Part shown: positions 1 through 13,425 of the stretch, one piece after another
Layout: each line of letters opens with the position of its first letter
How positions within the stretch are numbered: the first letter of the stretch is position 1
DNA from: Catajapyx aquilonaris
Taxonomy: Eukaryota
DNA: 20,000 nt
Reading direction: 5' to 3'
Assembly: GCA_000934665.2 (NCBI GenBank)
Contig: JYFJ02001401.1
Coordinates: 61,294-81,293, forward strand
The notes under the pieces: generated by a model
Database searches by the model: none
The model's input: only the letters and a program-made list of their open reading frames with translations
Told to the model about the DNA's origin: nothing
Translations under genes and position numbers: made by a program

Positions 1-572
1 TCGTGGTAGTTCATTAATTAACTATGTTAGAAGACGGAAATGGTAGCTGAAGACGTAAAAGAGCAGCATTAATTGAAGTGTACTTGAACCTTAAGTTTCA
101 GGCCAGTTATATGAGCTGACGGTATATTTACTGAAAAAAAACATTATTGGGCCACTGCTATTTGTGCATCAACAGTTACAACCAAAATATAAATTCAGGT
201 TTGAGTGACACATGTGCCTCCTCTCATCACGGTCATAATAACAGCATTTTCAAAATTGAATTTTATCTGTGATTGTAACTTGCTTATAGTAATGGCAACA
301 TATGTGATGTTATGAAACCCTCTAAAACATGATATGGATGACTGACGATCATATAATTCGGTTGTTCGATTGCTCATTGCATCCCTGCTTAGTAATCTCC
401 AATTCCACAGCAGGAGTAGTTCATTGTTTCGTGATTACTTTAAAATGCTGGCAGCTGTTGCGCAGTATGCTGTACTTGCACTACAGTTGGTTAATTGAAG
501 GCTTCGGGCATATGAGCTAATTAATGTTGGGGGCTTGTTTAATTGTTAGCTGATACCTGTTCAAACAGCGAA

Positions 573-930
573 TTATTTTGGTTTCAGTTCATTCACTGCT
601 GGCAACCAAACGATACCCAGCTCGGCATATACTCGACAAAAACAAGGATCAGTTGATGTATTTTCGATGTATAAAATTAGGCGACGCACCTGCGTCCAGG
701 TCTCGGGTGTAATTAAATCGGACAAGAGAGCGTGACGAACGACACTTTGATATTCGATCATCGGCAGGCCGTAAAATACGACCGCTGTTCTGGTTTCAAT
801 TTGTTCCCGAGAGTTTTCGTCCCCCACGAGAGCGACAAAAAAACCCTTCAACCACTCATCATCACATTCCACTCCGACTATCGATGCCTAAAGTCCGCAG
901 CAAAACCCGGTATGCGGCTATTTATCAACA
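573..930 (-). mobile_element. Possible highly decayed non-LTR retrotransposon (LINE) reverse-transcriptase C-terminal fragment
   Basis: The minus-strand peptides LRTLGIDSR (shifted frame), GF…, LPMIEYQSVV…I……Q.RR..YI and VYAELGI loosely follow the order of LINE RT C-terminal motifs (DLGV..DSKL / LGF / PILEY.SVVW / LE.VQRR / ..ELG). This is pattern recognition only and the spacing is imperfect. Confidence 0.3.
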
Positions 931-3900
931 CAACAAGGGCAACTGTGGCCACTATTGGATTGGATGCAAACGGCTCCCGGTCATTAAAAAAAGAGTGACT
1001 GGCAAGCTTAATGGTCGGATGACGTACCTGTTATGATTGGATGGGTGTCTAGTGCCATCTTTGTGGCAGGCCGAATGGCATTTCAGTATAACCAGTGTTG
1101 AAACTGCTGCCATATTGGCGGGGGCCGGCCAATTATGATTATCGGTCATTATCCACGCGATTACTGACACGGTGCGTGATGGAATAGTGAGATCAGATTG
1201 GTAAGTTGTAACAACCGTGACAAAAATGAACCGGCGCGACTTATAATTACTTTCTGACACTACTCCTCTGATGGCTGTACTTTTTCAGAGCGTGTACATA
1301 ATGCATTAGGTTGGGAGACTGAGGCTGGGCCTTCGCGATTAAACTGGTTGCAGGAAATGGAGCACATGGGAGCCCATTAAAGGATTTCGGAACGCTTATT
1401 AGGCCTGGTGTTATGATGCCGTAAAGATCGCGACATTTGCGGCGATTTGGCGCGTTTGCTGGGGCTCTTAGCCTGAAGGCCCGTACATTGCGCACGGGTT
1501 TTCAGGACAGTGCGTTTTAGTCGTCTCGATCAAACCGGATTTGTTGCGAGGCTGTAAAGACCCGCCAAAAGGCATCCAGCGCCTATTTACAGCATGTATT
1601 CCCTGAAATGTCACTTTGAACAGCCTGGCTTTAATTTGCGCCGTAATTACGGCGGACCTAGCCCGTATGGTCACTAAAGTCGGATTGCTAGCAGTTGGGA
1701 CTAGTTTAACCGCTCGGGCAGAACTTTGAGAAGGGGAAAGTCTGGAGAGACCCACCCTGTTTGGAGAACCCACTTAAAAGTTGACAAGTCCCTGACAGCA
1801 CGAGAGGGAAAGCTTCTTCTCAAAATTGTCTCCAAGACTTGAGGACATCTTGACTGCGAATGAGTTTCACTGAAAGGCAGCGGATGGGAAAACCCGACTT
1901 TTTTGACATCCTTGAGTGACTATCTTGACCTGCTGGAAAAAACTTGGGACACTCTTGTCCGTACTTGATGTACAGTACACCACTTGCCTGCCAAGAATAT
2001 AGGTTTGGCTGGAAGGAGCAACCTGACCCAGTACCTTATTAAAAAATCAATGACAGCATTAATTCTGCACACTCGTTCTTTTGACCTCCAATATTGGAGC
2101 ACAGCCTTAAGCATCGCACGTTTTATATGGGCTCCACTCCAGGTGTTGATTAGGTTGGACCATTAAAGTGGTATAGTGTTTCATCCTGGAAGTTGGGCCT
2201 TCCCGCAACGCAAGAGAGGCTTGCAGGATTGCTCTGAAGTGTTAGGATAAACGTCAGTTTCGTATTTCATGCAGCAAGAGGCATATGCCTACTGACTAGT
2301 GATATAAACAATGGATATAAAATTGATAAAAAGGTTGATGAAGATATTGCTTGAGGCGTATTTTAACATAAAATATCACATTAGTTAATTGAGATGGTTA
2401 ATATTCACGGTGTTTGCTTTCATACCGGAATGTTTGCGAAAATGTGGAATTGATGAACATGACAATCTTGTTTACATTGGATTCCAATAACAACGCGTGT
2501 AATAACTAAAGTTGAACCGATTTACAAGCTTTTGTTTGTTGTTTACAAGGGGATAATCGAGCGATTTTGTGTCGTACGATCTCGGCCATCATTTATGTAA
2601 TGTTTTTCGCTAGATATTAACAGCTGTGTTGTTGAGTAAGTGCATTCGCTCTGATGTATTTGCTAAAACTGAACGGTTATGTACCCATTTCAGTCTTATT
2701 GTGATGATAAGCGCCTTCCCGAATTTTGTGCATCTTTAATTCCGATACTATTTGAATTGGATAGCCATTTCAATAGGAGTTTATGACTTTCGGAACTGCA
2801 TATTTCCATGGACACCTGAACTATGCATCGTATATTGAAATACCCGCCGGGAATAGGCTGCACTATTGTTAACCCATAAAACAAATATCCAACTTGGCCT
2901 CTAAGCTACGTGATCCACTTCTAAAATTAATCCTGACTGATATTTACCGCTGCAACGGACAAATGCGACAGAAATGCCTGACTGATTGCAGAATTTCCGA
3001 GCAATGACATTATTGCCAGCTGATTAGCAGCTAACCTGTAAATCCTTGGCCCCGTTTCGGGATAGTTTTGTGCTCCGGAAGGCACATTTGCGAGATTGTA
3101 GTCCGATTTGGAAGCAATGGGGGGTTGTTGGGGGTGGGCGGAAATCCCCCCCATGCGCTCACTGGGTTTTGGGATGATTGATAAACGCTTCGACAGTGAT
3201 TGACAGCGGTTCTGCCGAAAGTCCCCGGAGGCCTGGCCCGTAATAGATAGCGCGGATAAGCGAAGCTCTGGCTTCCCCCAACACCTTAGGCAAACGTTAG
3301 TTAGAACTGATTTCCGCCGAGGACTGCTTCCTAAATGATGTATGAGCCCTCACCGCTCTGGCTAGACCCTTCCGACCCTCCCCCGGTTCCTACAACTTCG
3401 AGTCTAGAAACAAACTCCCAAGCACCACTGAAACATTTTCTGACGACAATCAAAGGCCGTGTCGTTTCCCCCTGTGTATATTTTGAGGAGGTGGGGGTGA
3501 AATCTGGAGGAATGATTGCATAGGGGACGACGCCTCCTCTTCAAACGATGTCTTGTTCCAAGGAGGGCTAAATAATGTAGAGGACTAGTAGTCCTTTTTC
3601 TCTTGGGGTGCTAACAAATATTGGATGAAGCTGGTTTGTTCGGAGACGTGCCTTCTTTCTTTGTTCTGTCGTCTTGCGGAGAGGTCTTCCAATTAAAGGT
3701 TCGACGGTAAACTTGCCAGTGAATGCATGGAACAAAAGCGTCAATAATGGAGGAGCTTGGGGGATCAAAGTCTGTTTGCATTCGTTCTGTAATGGACTTT
3801 TTTTTAACAGGTAGTTTTCCCGTGTGTTTAATCTCTTTTTAATCATCGTGTGCAAGACTAGCACGCCACACCCATTATACATGGAGGTTTTACTTTTGAA

Positions 3901-4205
3901 CCGAGTGTGGCTTTGATATTTGTAACAATGAAATGCTGTACTTTGAGAATTGGGGGTATTAAGTCTTAAATACAAAGTATACGGTTACCTTATATTTATA
4001 GTATGCGAACAGTAGGCTACAATCAGTGATAATTTTCGGGACAAAATATCTCGTTGTTATTTGATTCACAGACTTATAGGGCCAACTTTCAAACATTTGC
4101 GAGCAATAGGTCATTAATAATAAGGATTTATATTTTATTATAACAATCTTTCTGTTTTTTTTCTACATAGCATTTGCCGTAAATGTAGGGAACATTCTTT
4201 TACAA

Positions 4206-4241
4206 CAATGTACCATATGACATCAATGTACCATATGACAT
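4206..4241. repeat. Perfect 18-bp tandem duplication (caatgtaccatatgacat x2)
   Basis: 4206-4223 is identical to 4224-4241. Confidence 0.9.
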
Positions 4242-5204
4242 ATGGGACAAAACAGACTGTTGTTAGGTTTAATGATATACTGATTGCCACTGTAGCTCGG
4301 GTATCCACATTAAAATTTACTGAGGATTTCACTGGAGTGATAATTAGGCAATGCCAACAGTTATCTCACCTTCAAAACTTGACCAGTGTTGTGTTTATGG
4401 GGTGGACACGAAACATGGGATTAACGGGGAATCGCCAGGGAAGAGTATGTGGATGGGGAATTTTATCAGGGGCCTGGGAATGTCGCGGAAGAAAAAAATA
4501 TGTCATGAGGTTTAAAATGTGTAGGGAATTTTTGGCTTCATACATTCTCTATTCACATACAAAACGAACCCCCCCCCCCCAAAAAAAAAAGAATTAAGTT
4601 CTTCTCCAGTATGCATTTTATACGCATTTATTTAACAATCATAATTGAGTCATCTCTCTACAACTGGAGAGTATTATTTTATTGAATTGTTGTATGCGTA
4701 AGTTTTGGAGGCGGATAGTCAGGGAATATCTTACATCTTGGGAACGTGTGGGCTGGAGATTTAGTGATTTTGAAACTGTACAAATAAGGCAATCTTGGTA
4801 AGTAATCTCGAGGGCAATTACCACCTGCAGTGCAAAACCGATGCCAGAAAGGCCCAATAATCAGAGTGCAACTTCTTGGTCCACGTTAATAAAGCGGGCT
4901 TCGTGTGGCCTTGCAATACCCCCCCCCCCCTCCCAACCACCACCACCAATGATTTATTACACCTGCATCCCAGCTGTTGTAATCAGTACATCTGTAACAG
5001 TATGCTTCCTAAGGCACGCGGAGCATATAAAATATTGGTAAGGTAAGGTCCCTGAAGGTTCCCAGTGGCGATAACCAGGTATTAAATTCGCATCCTGGCC
5101 ACCGTCCAGCAAAAACCTTATCCTTACCTTCCCTTTCGGATGACAAATAATGGAACTTGGAGCAGGGACTGTAATCCGAGAGAAAGGCTAGGGGAGTTGG
5201 ATCA

Positions 5205-5270
5205 ACCCACCCACCCCCTTGCCCCTCTACCCCCCTCCCCCTCCCCTCCTCCTCTTCTCCTCTCACACCC
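5205..5270. repeat. C-rich polypyrimidine low-complexity tract (G-runs on the minus strand)
   Basis: acccacccaccccctt gcccctctaccccctcccctcccctcctcctcttctcc has more than four runs of three or more C. Confidence 0.7.
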
Positions 5271-7055
5271 TCTAAAACTACCACCAAAGCAGCGACATCT
5301 TTATGGCTGCCATCCTTGCTTTGATAAATCTCACTCCTGGGACTTCCTGCTCTAATTCTCTTTCACGTTTCTTTCTTTCTGGTCGCGCGAGGCAATTTCA
5401 GACTCTTTTCACGTTATAAATACGTCCCGTGGCATTCATATACACACTGTCCTGTTAGAGCCCTCGGCAGGTAATATACGGGCAGCGCAGTGTGTGTGAT
5501 GAAAAGTCGGGTCCAGAATAGGAATACGGGTTTTGTCATTATCCGGCCGAGTTGCATCTGTGGCCAAGGTGGAAAACACGGCGTTCATTGTTATTGATTG
5601 CTTGTTCATTTCGGTCCAGGCAGGTAGATTGTCAGCTGAATATAGCAATTGAGGATATACCGCGTATAAATGTGCGCCACTTCAACATCAACAGCAATGT
5701 CGCCACATCTGAAAAAACAGATTTGTGTGTGCAAAAAAGAGGACTGGGTCATCTAGTAATCATATAGTGGCACTGCACCAATGTTGATCTGGTTTATGTG
5801 TGACCGACACTCCACAGCAAAGGATCCCACGAGAGTGTGCACCGGGGATTTAAAAAAAAAAAAAAAAACTATTGACGTCCACATGAATGGTGTCGATTGG
5901 CATTAACCCTTGTCGCACAAACGTGCGGTGTCGACTCGACATTGGCTTTGGTACAGTTGGATGGAGCTTGGTGGCAAGGGACGAGAATGTAATGGTTCAG
6001 TGCTACTCGCTGTGAATATGTCAACCAAAGTTAGTCACACGTTGGCAAGAGTAGCAAGACATTTAACTAATGCCCTCCACTTTGCAAAGAGTTCTTAGTG
6101 AATCTATATGGTTGGAAACTCCTCCGAAAATCTCGCCATAGTAACGCAGCTTTGCCGGCAGTAGAAAATCCTCTTTACTCCCGCTGTAAATTCAAAACTA
6201 GGCTTTCAAGACAGTTTCTTCAGGTTCATTATTTTGGAGCTGCATTCACATAGGGCCGGGTCTTAGGTAACAAAACAGGTGGGTAGGAACTCTAATCCGT
6301 TTAGCGAAAGTTACATATAGACCGTTCTTTAACATCAAAGACCGAAATCAAAGCTTCTTTCCTACCAGCATCTAGCAGAGGGGGCTTTGGAAAGTGCATT
6401 TATCACTTTTTTTTCGCCCTTCTCCGTCTCAGCACGGAAGCGGGCGGAGCAAGGGTTCGGTGACTGGAAAGAGAGACTTGAAGGAGAAAGTAAAGGTCTC
6501 GAGCAAAAGGAGGGGGAGAAAGGAGGAGGGGACCATTAAAGAAAGTATCTGTTCTCTAAGGAGTACTTTTCAGAAAGGTTAAGTGCGCCTGAAATCGGTC
6601 CCAGTGAAGCCGAGCTCAAACTTAGCGAGCCTGGCTCCTCGTGACTTTCGATTACACTGGAAACCCTTTACACGAGTGTAATGTAAAGTTTTCGGCACCA
6701 TGAATCGAGAAGAGAATCAGAGTGAACATATCACGACGTTAAAAAATCGCGTCTGAGCAAAGTCGAGAGAATTGCAGGGAGTTCAGAAATGCGGGATGCA
6801 AATTTACGTGTTGGCAATGCCGGCAAAAAGGGAGATTTCTCTTGGCCAGAGCACGTTTCTGGGGCGACTGAGATCGAAGGAAAAGACGACCCTTGCATTT
6901 TGATCGACTCCAGGGGGATCGAATCAGGTTTGGCCTGCAATATGTTGCTGAGAGGATGAGGGAAACTGCTGGAGGAGAATTGGAATTGTCCACATCCGTC
7001 CACAGCTCGTTTACTGCAGCAACCGCGGATGTTCGGACCACTAGTGACCTTGAGT

Positions 7056-7150
7056 GGATTTTGATGCCTTTCTATTGGTTGCAGGCTGAACGTGTGTTAC
7101 GTAGGATTTGATGCCATTCTACTGGTTAAAGGCTGAACGTGTGTGACGTA
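7056..7150. repeat. Imperfect 47-48-bp tandem duplication
   Basis: ggattttgatgcctttctattggttgcaggctgaacgtgtgttacgta (7056-7103) is followed by ggatttgatgccattctactggttaaaggctgaacgtgtgtgacgta (7104-7150), and then gatttt. Confidence 0.85.
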
Positions 7151-10100
7151 GATTTTAAGGGACTGGAACCACCTTGGGCAGCATCTCGCTCTGATTAAAC
7201 AGGAACTCTCCGTGGGTCTGCCTTTGTTCGGGCGAGTAATAGCCTGTCAGACCGACACCATAGAATCAAGTTTTAAGTTTAAAAATTGGGGTCCTGGTCC
7301 TTATATACGCCAGCCGTTAATTGCATTTTTGTGCGACACTCGTACTTGACGTTTCGGGGAGTCATCAAGAGAGCAGGTGGCAGATTGGACCGTTTCGCTC
7401 TTGGAAATATTGAAACACTCCACCTGACATGTGTAACGTCATTGACGTTGAGCAGAGGCCGCAGGGAGTTGGGAGGGTCCAAAAAGCAATAATGCCTGCC
7501 GCATTCCATCAAGCTGCCAAATATGACTCCCGGACAAGAGTGCCAGACACGAGGCTGGATTGAAATCAAGTGAGGAGGAGGGAAATCCGGGATTGCTTTA
7601 ATTTAGCGCTTTTTTTTTAAATTTGGGAAAAAGAACGGTGCGACGGGCAGTGATAAAGCGGAGGACCTGACGAGCATGGGTTAAATCGGGAGTAATCCCT
7701 TGCATGCTGATCGAGTCTGAAAAACGCCTTGGCCCACTTTGTACAGGCGCTAACTTTTCTCTCCCAGCTTTTTTTTCCCCCCACGAGTCGGAGACATTAA
7801 GTTGGGTGGACAAGAGGAGCATCCGTTCACATCTTCGCCGTCCTTTTGTGGCCTGAACTCCGTGAGGCTATTTCCAATGTCCCCCTCGCCTCCTTCCCTT
7901 TCCCCGCGAGGAATAATGGATGGTGAGTGGCAAAAAGAAGGCCTTCCGATCCCAGGGAAAAAAGGAAAGAAAAAAAAAAGAAGAGACGGGTATCTATCAC
8001 TGGGAAAGCAATCGGTAGGACTCTTCCCTGGAGGGCTGTTGTCACTCGCTGCCTTCCAAAACGGATTGCAACCTCTGCGAGGAAACTTTTTGCTACTTGG
8101 TCCTTTCATCCAGATTACGTGTGTCAGATGGGCATCTTGTGTGTTGCATATCAAGGGACTGTCGGTTTTTGGGAACATCCATAAAGGGGCGACACGATGA
8201 AATTTTTGGGAGAATTTCTGACAGTGTGACGAGAGTTGGGCTACCAAAGTCACAATAGGTCATGTTAAAGTCGACTCGTTCTGTCTATTACAGCTTGACA
8301 CCCTTTGTAGTTAACTCTTGGGCGTATTAAATAATCAGGTTGGCGTGAGTTGTGTGGCTATAGGCAAGTCAGGGCCTTCACGTCAATGCGTGTTATGCAA
8401 TTATATCGATTGGTACTTAATTATTGGATTTTTGAAACCCCTTTTTTGTTTCCGGGCGTGTTCATAGAGCGCTGTGAAAATAGTGGCTTTCATGTTAGTA
8501 CTGCAGTGGTAAAGCGCCTAGGCGTTCGTTTATGGAGTTACTTTGAACGAGACAGTCAAAGGGTGTCATAAAGAGGACACTAATGTTCTTTATTATGGCG
8601 CCTGGTGTTGACTAGGTGTACAGTGTGGTCCAAAAGTGTACTCGTTCATTTTAGAGGTTCACCATGTACTCTTGAGAATTGTCTTTATAATGACCTAAAT
8701 CAATCACCTTGCTTATGTAGCTTCTACGATTTTTGTTGAAATTTAATGCACATTGGCTTTTAATTTGATGATTTTCTATTCTGTGTGCTTTAGTCAAATT
8801 GTATGGTTCGATAAATTGATTGGCTTCTTTGTTGAACAACATAAGTTTTGAAGAATCGCATGCTTGCTTTTTAGATCAGGCAATACGCAACTTTTGCTGA
8901 TGTGATTGGAAAATGAAGTGATAAATCTTTGTAAATTAAACCTCTCCACGATTATTTCTTCCGGCTGCCGAATTTCAATGGTGTTTGCACTCTGATAAGT
9001 AGCTTAATTGTAACCCCTTTTTGTGAAAAGCCTGGTTGAAGCCATCCGAGTAATGTGTAATATTTGCACCATAACTTTATGAACACGTTTGCATTTCACA
9101 ACCCCCATCAGCTTTAGTAGGTCGCCTATCCACAATCAATGTATCGTAGCTGGTAATTACCCAGCGCAAGGGGCGTGAATGAGCTTATAGCTTCCGTTTG
9201 CTCAGGTAAGCACTTTGTTTTTATCACCCTTATGAGATTTTAAATACACAACAATGGGTTTAGCACTACTTCTTTTTTCAACATTCCGATTGTGTCAATA
9301 CAGGTCGGTGTACTTCTCGAGTTGAAGTTTGTTTACTCTGCATGGGTCGGCATACGGCGCCTGCAACGCAAGCCGTTGGCCGTCAGATAAAGAGTGCAAT
9401 TTTGAGTCTCAGGAGGGATATTAGGGCAGGCGTCACACCTTGCAGCCCCTGCAGCCTTGCAGCAGCTTTGGCTTGCTGCAGACGGAGCCAACCCGGAGCG
9501 AGCATTCAATAAACTGGGCCAGATGCGAATGGTTTCTCGAAAGGCTTTTTACGAGGAACAAGGGACCTTTGAACGCAACGGGCTCCAGTTTGAGGGGGGG
9601 CAGGCTGGGGTAGGGCGTGACCAAACCCTCCCACACAACCCCAAACTCTTAAAAAAGAGAAAATATCGAATCGTGCCGATGATGTTTCCCACTGGACGAC
9701 TTATAGCGAATGGCTTTTTGAATGTTTTGCTGAGGGGACTACCGGTCGTAAACTCTCGGACCCTTTGCTGATTTAATAATGCGCTGCCCAGTATATTGCC
9801 CAGCCTTCTAGTAATTTATTAACGCGATTGCATCCATGTTCAGGCTTGGAAACGGAGCATTACCTAAACATTTTCAGCCGGATTAACAAAATGCACGTGA
9901 GATATATCTATACTCTTGTGATCCTTTTTTTGTGGGGCAAATGCTGTCCCTTTATGTCCCAAATGCCATAAACTTTCGAATGTGGCTACGTTGCGAAAAT
10001 ATGGTCCATGATCAGATATATGGGACCGGATCCTTTTACTACGCTGCAACATTTTGATCCCAAAAGGCCCCGAATCTCGTTACTGCAAATAGTGATTAAA

Positions 10101-13100
10101 TCTCTTGCACCATACTTTGCGCTTGGTGTAATTGGTGCAGTTTTTTTTTTTCTTCTTTGAAGGGAAGGGAGGTGGAGATTAACCCGTTCTGTTTTTATGA
10201 TGTTTTAACATCTTTTTTGGCGGCAAGATGAAAGTGGGAGGATTACATTCCGGGTGCGAACTTTTATGTTCGGTTCACTTGTGGTCAAAAACATGTCCCT
10301 GATGCCATCTCCGGGGATTCGGCCCCACCTTTTTTTTTCTTTTTTTTCGGAGGTTAAATCCGGGGCTGCGGAAGCGACGGAAAACCACTTTCCATTCCTG
10401 TTCTGGATCGAAAGCCGGAGGAAGCGGATTTTCTCTTTTTATCTTGCGGGGGAATGGCATTTTTTTGATCTTGTCAGTCGTAGGTCAGGGATGTGATGTC
10501 CGGAGGAAAAAAGAAAAATGGCAGTCGAAACTTTTGTGTGGGTGAGTTGATATGCGGCTGCGGCGTGACTGTTGCGACAAACCTCAGATGCTGTGTTATT
10601 TTTGTATGTCTGCACTGTTCCTAACTTGGACTGACATACGATCGAAAATTTGACCATTTTGCGGGACAATTCACGAATGCAGCGAATCTCTCAGAAATGC
10701 ATGTTTAAAAAAAAAAAACTATGGCATGTAGCAAACGTGCATGCAATTTTTGTTCTGTTGAGTAATATTACAGTCAGTGCATTAAAAGATTTACTGTTTT
10801 GTAATGTTATGCAGCCCAGCTCATTAAAGCTTTCCAGCGTATTAAAATGCGGTCGAGTCATGCACTATGCAACTGCAATAACATGCAGTAATGTACAGTA
10901 GCACGTGTGAAGTGCCAACCACTCTACAATTCATGTTATTAACTACACTGCTGTGGCATAACACCGATCACATAATATACAGGCCTACATAGTTCTGTGG
11001 TACTTACTGTAAAATGAATCTGCCTGTGACAATTCGCCACGTCAGCAGGAATTTACAAAAAAAACTTTATTACGACGTGGCTGCTTCGTCAGTGCAAGGG
11101 GAAAGGGGTCCAAACTTTATTTGTCAGATTGCATGGAAAGGCCCGTAAGGGTCCTTTATTTGGTAAGGGTTTGGAGGTTTGTGGCAGCAATGGCACAAAA
11201 GGAAATCCAGAGGCAGCGGAGAGGTCGATGGAATTTCCAGACCGAAGTTAAAGATATTAAGGAGACGTCGGGTAGCCAAGGATGCCTCGGCTAATTAATT
11301 GGCTTAAGGGCTTACAATTGGCAGGGAGTTAACTTTGGCTTGCTTCCTCAGCGCAACGGCTGCGGACCCCCGTCTCTGTAACTGCGTCAAAGTGTGCTCC
11401 AAATTAAACTTCGTTGCAGGCTGTTTACGGTTGCGACGACAACTATTGAGAATGGCTTTCTGCCTGGAACGTGTGTCGACTTAGGGAAAATTAGATCCGG
11501 GGATTAATTTGTGCAGTTAAAGACGGTGGAAAATAGCGCGAAGAATTCTGTGAGAATTGGGCGCCAGTACGTCCATGAAAAGGTATTGCCGTCCTTTGTA
11601 CACAGTATACTCAGCGGTCGTTTTATTATGGCGTCGATATGCACTTTTTTGGATGTGACACAAAAGACCTGGTATAATGGTATGGACTCCCCGAAGAGAA
11701 CATTATGATTCAGCACAGGAGGAAAAAAGGGGGATAACGTCCCTGAAGTGATATTCAGTGGGCAGGGCCTCTTCGGAAGTGAAAAATTGACTTGGGTCCG
11801 GATTCGGGAAGAAGGGATTCTCGTTTGTAAGTGAAATGTGGCCGATGGATTTTGGGGGACGACCTTCACGCCCAGAGGAAGGAAGGCCATTTCTGGCATC
11901 CGTTTTACATGAAGAAAATTGCTCTTAAGGAAAGTCGTTTTCGTTTCCCCATCCATAAATTTTGATATTGAGAACTGCATGGAAATCGAACAAGGTGTGA
12001 GATAAATGTATAGACAAGAACAAAATAATATTTTTTGGCTCATCTTGCAGTGTACCGATGCCCCTGCGATAAAAAAAATAACGATGACAAAGTGTTTCGC
12101 TTGAATAATTTTCGTCCTGGTAGTATTTTGCATAATGCTATTCATAAGGGCTTGTAATGACTTTGGATGAGTTTCCTACCGCCACCGCTGTAATAGTATC
12201 GTTTATTTTTAAGCTGCTAACCAGTGATTTATACGGCTCAGATCGGGCGAGTGCAATTTATATGCTGATGAAACGTGATGAATATCGACCATTTTTTTAG
12301 GCCCATCGAAAACCAAACACCCGTTGCTGTTTCATAGTTAAAACAAGTTTTGTTTATTGTTTCTTTTTCAACCAGGATTCATTTGTGTGGAGGAATGCGC
12401 GTACCAGTATCCGTTTTTTATGCTTGTGTAACTTAAAGCTCACGTACTCTTATCACAGGGAAAGTTAATTGGAACACGTAAGAGTGATTTACTAAGAATT
12501 ACAGAGCATGCGCTGCAATAATAAGCCTAATAAATAAAGGGGGCAATAAGGAATGGTTCCGAAAATTGCATAGGAAATTGCTGTGGGTTTTTTCCTGGTT
12601 TTCGGGAATCCTGGGAGCCAAAATTTTGATTAATCAAGGGGGTTTGTTATAGGGCAAGTTTCCTTTACAAGACCCCCTCGAAAGTTGGGGAGGTCGTAAT
12701 TTTTCCGGTTATTAACTAAGCCCTGTAAATTCTGCAGCACAGTCGGATCGCTGTCGGGTTGTAATAAGATTATACAGAAACCTGAAATGCGGAACGTCAC
12801 ACGCGCAAGAATAATCGCTCGCCGAAACCCATTTGTCTTTTGCAGATATGGAACGTGATATATCGAAGCTGGGGCCGAACTTGGATCTTGCTTTTTCAAA
12901 ATCAATACAAGTGCAATTTGCTAACAGTCTGGCTGTGCATATTTGGTTTTAAATATATATATTTTTTGAAAGATTCCATACAACTTGTTACAACTGCTGC
13001 AATTTTAATACTTTTTAAGTACTTTCGCATTGTTTCTTCAATGATGGACTGGGAGTTGTTACACAAAGTGGTTAATGGTTACAATATGCTGATAGTACAG

Positions 13101-13364
13101 TTTGGTAGAGTATATTTGTGTTTTCATTAACCTTTGTAGCAATAGCCATTAATGCCAGCGTAAGTGGTTAACGATAATGATAAGATTCGGTGTGACAGTC
13201 CGGTGGTCTTTTTCGAGATCGTTTCTGAATCTTAATTACATTTGTATTCATGATGTACTTTGTGAAATTGGTTGGAAATGGGAGAACTCCGAGAGAAGTC
13301 TCGCCTATAAGAACCGAGAAAACCTATCGAATCTACATAATCTATACGCTAGAACAGCGCTAGC

Positions 13365-13425
13365 CTGCTTTGGGGGATCGAACTCAAGACCTCAGAAGAG
13401 AAACAATGTGGCTTAAACCCGAGAG
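13365..13425 (-). mobile_element. Possible decayed tRNA-derived SINE head
   Basis: The minus strand reads …cgggtttaagccacattgtttctcttctgaggtcttgagttcgatccccc…. It has a Pol III B-box (GTTCGATCC) in a tRNA T-arm-like context (gaggtc….gttcgatccc) and only a weak A-box-like segment. It does not fold as a full tRNA. Confidence 0.3.

Noticed and set aside
1639..1661. 16-bp palindrome cgccgtaattacggcg followed by CTAG, resembling a Helitron 3' end
   Set aside because: The spacing to CTAG is only 3 nt, no T follows it and no 5' end was identified. A 16-bp palindrome is not rare in 20 kb.
5903..7338. piggyBac-like start TTAACCCTTGTCGCACAAA with a partial inverted match tttgtgcgaca near 7328
   Set aside because: The right side lacks the AGGG-TTAA terminus and only 11 bp match.
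8296..8568. 12-bp inverted match tgacaccctttg / caaagggtgtca
   Set aside because: It does not extend in either direction, has no target-site duplication and is within chance expectation.
11504..12145. Longest ORF in the track (213 aa, minus strand)
   Set aside because: It has no recognisable domain or motif, its composition looks like translated non-coding DNA, and it lies antisense in an intron. It is probably a chance ORF.
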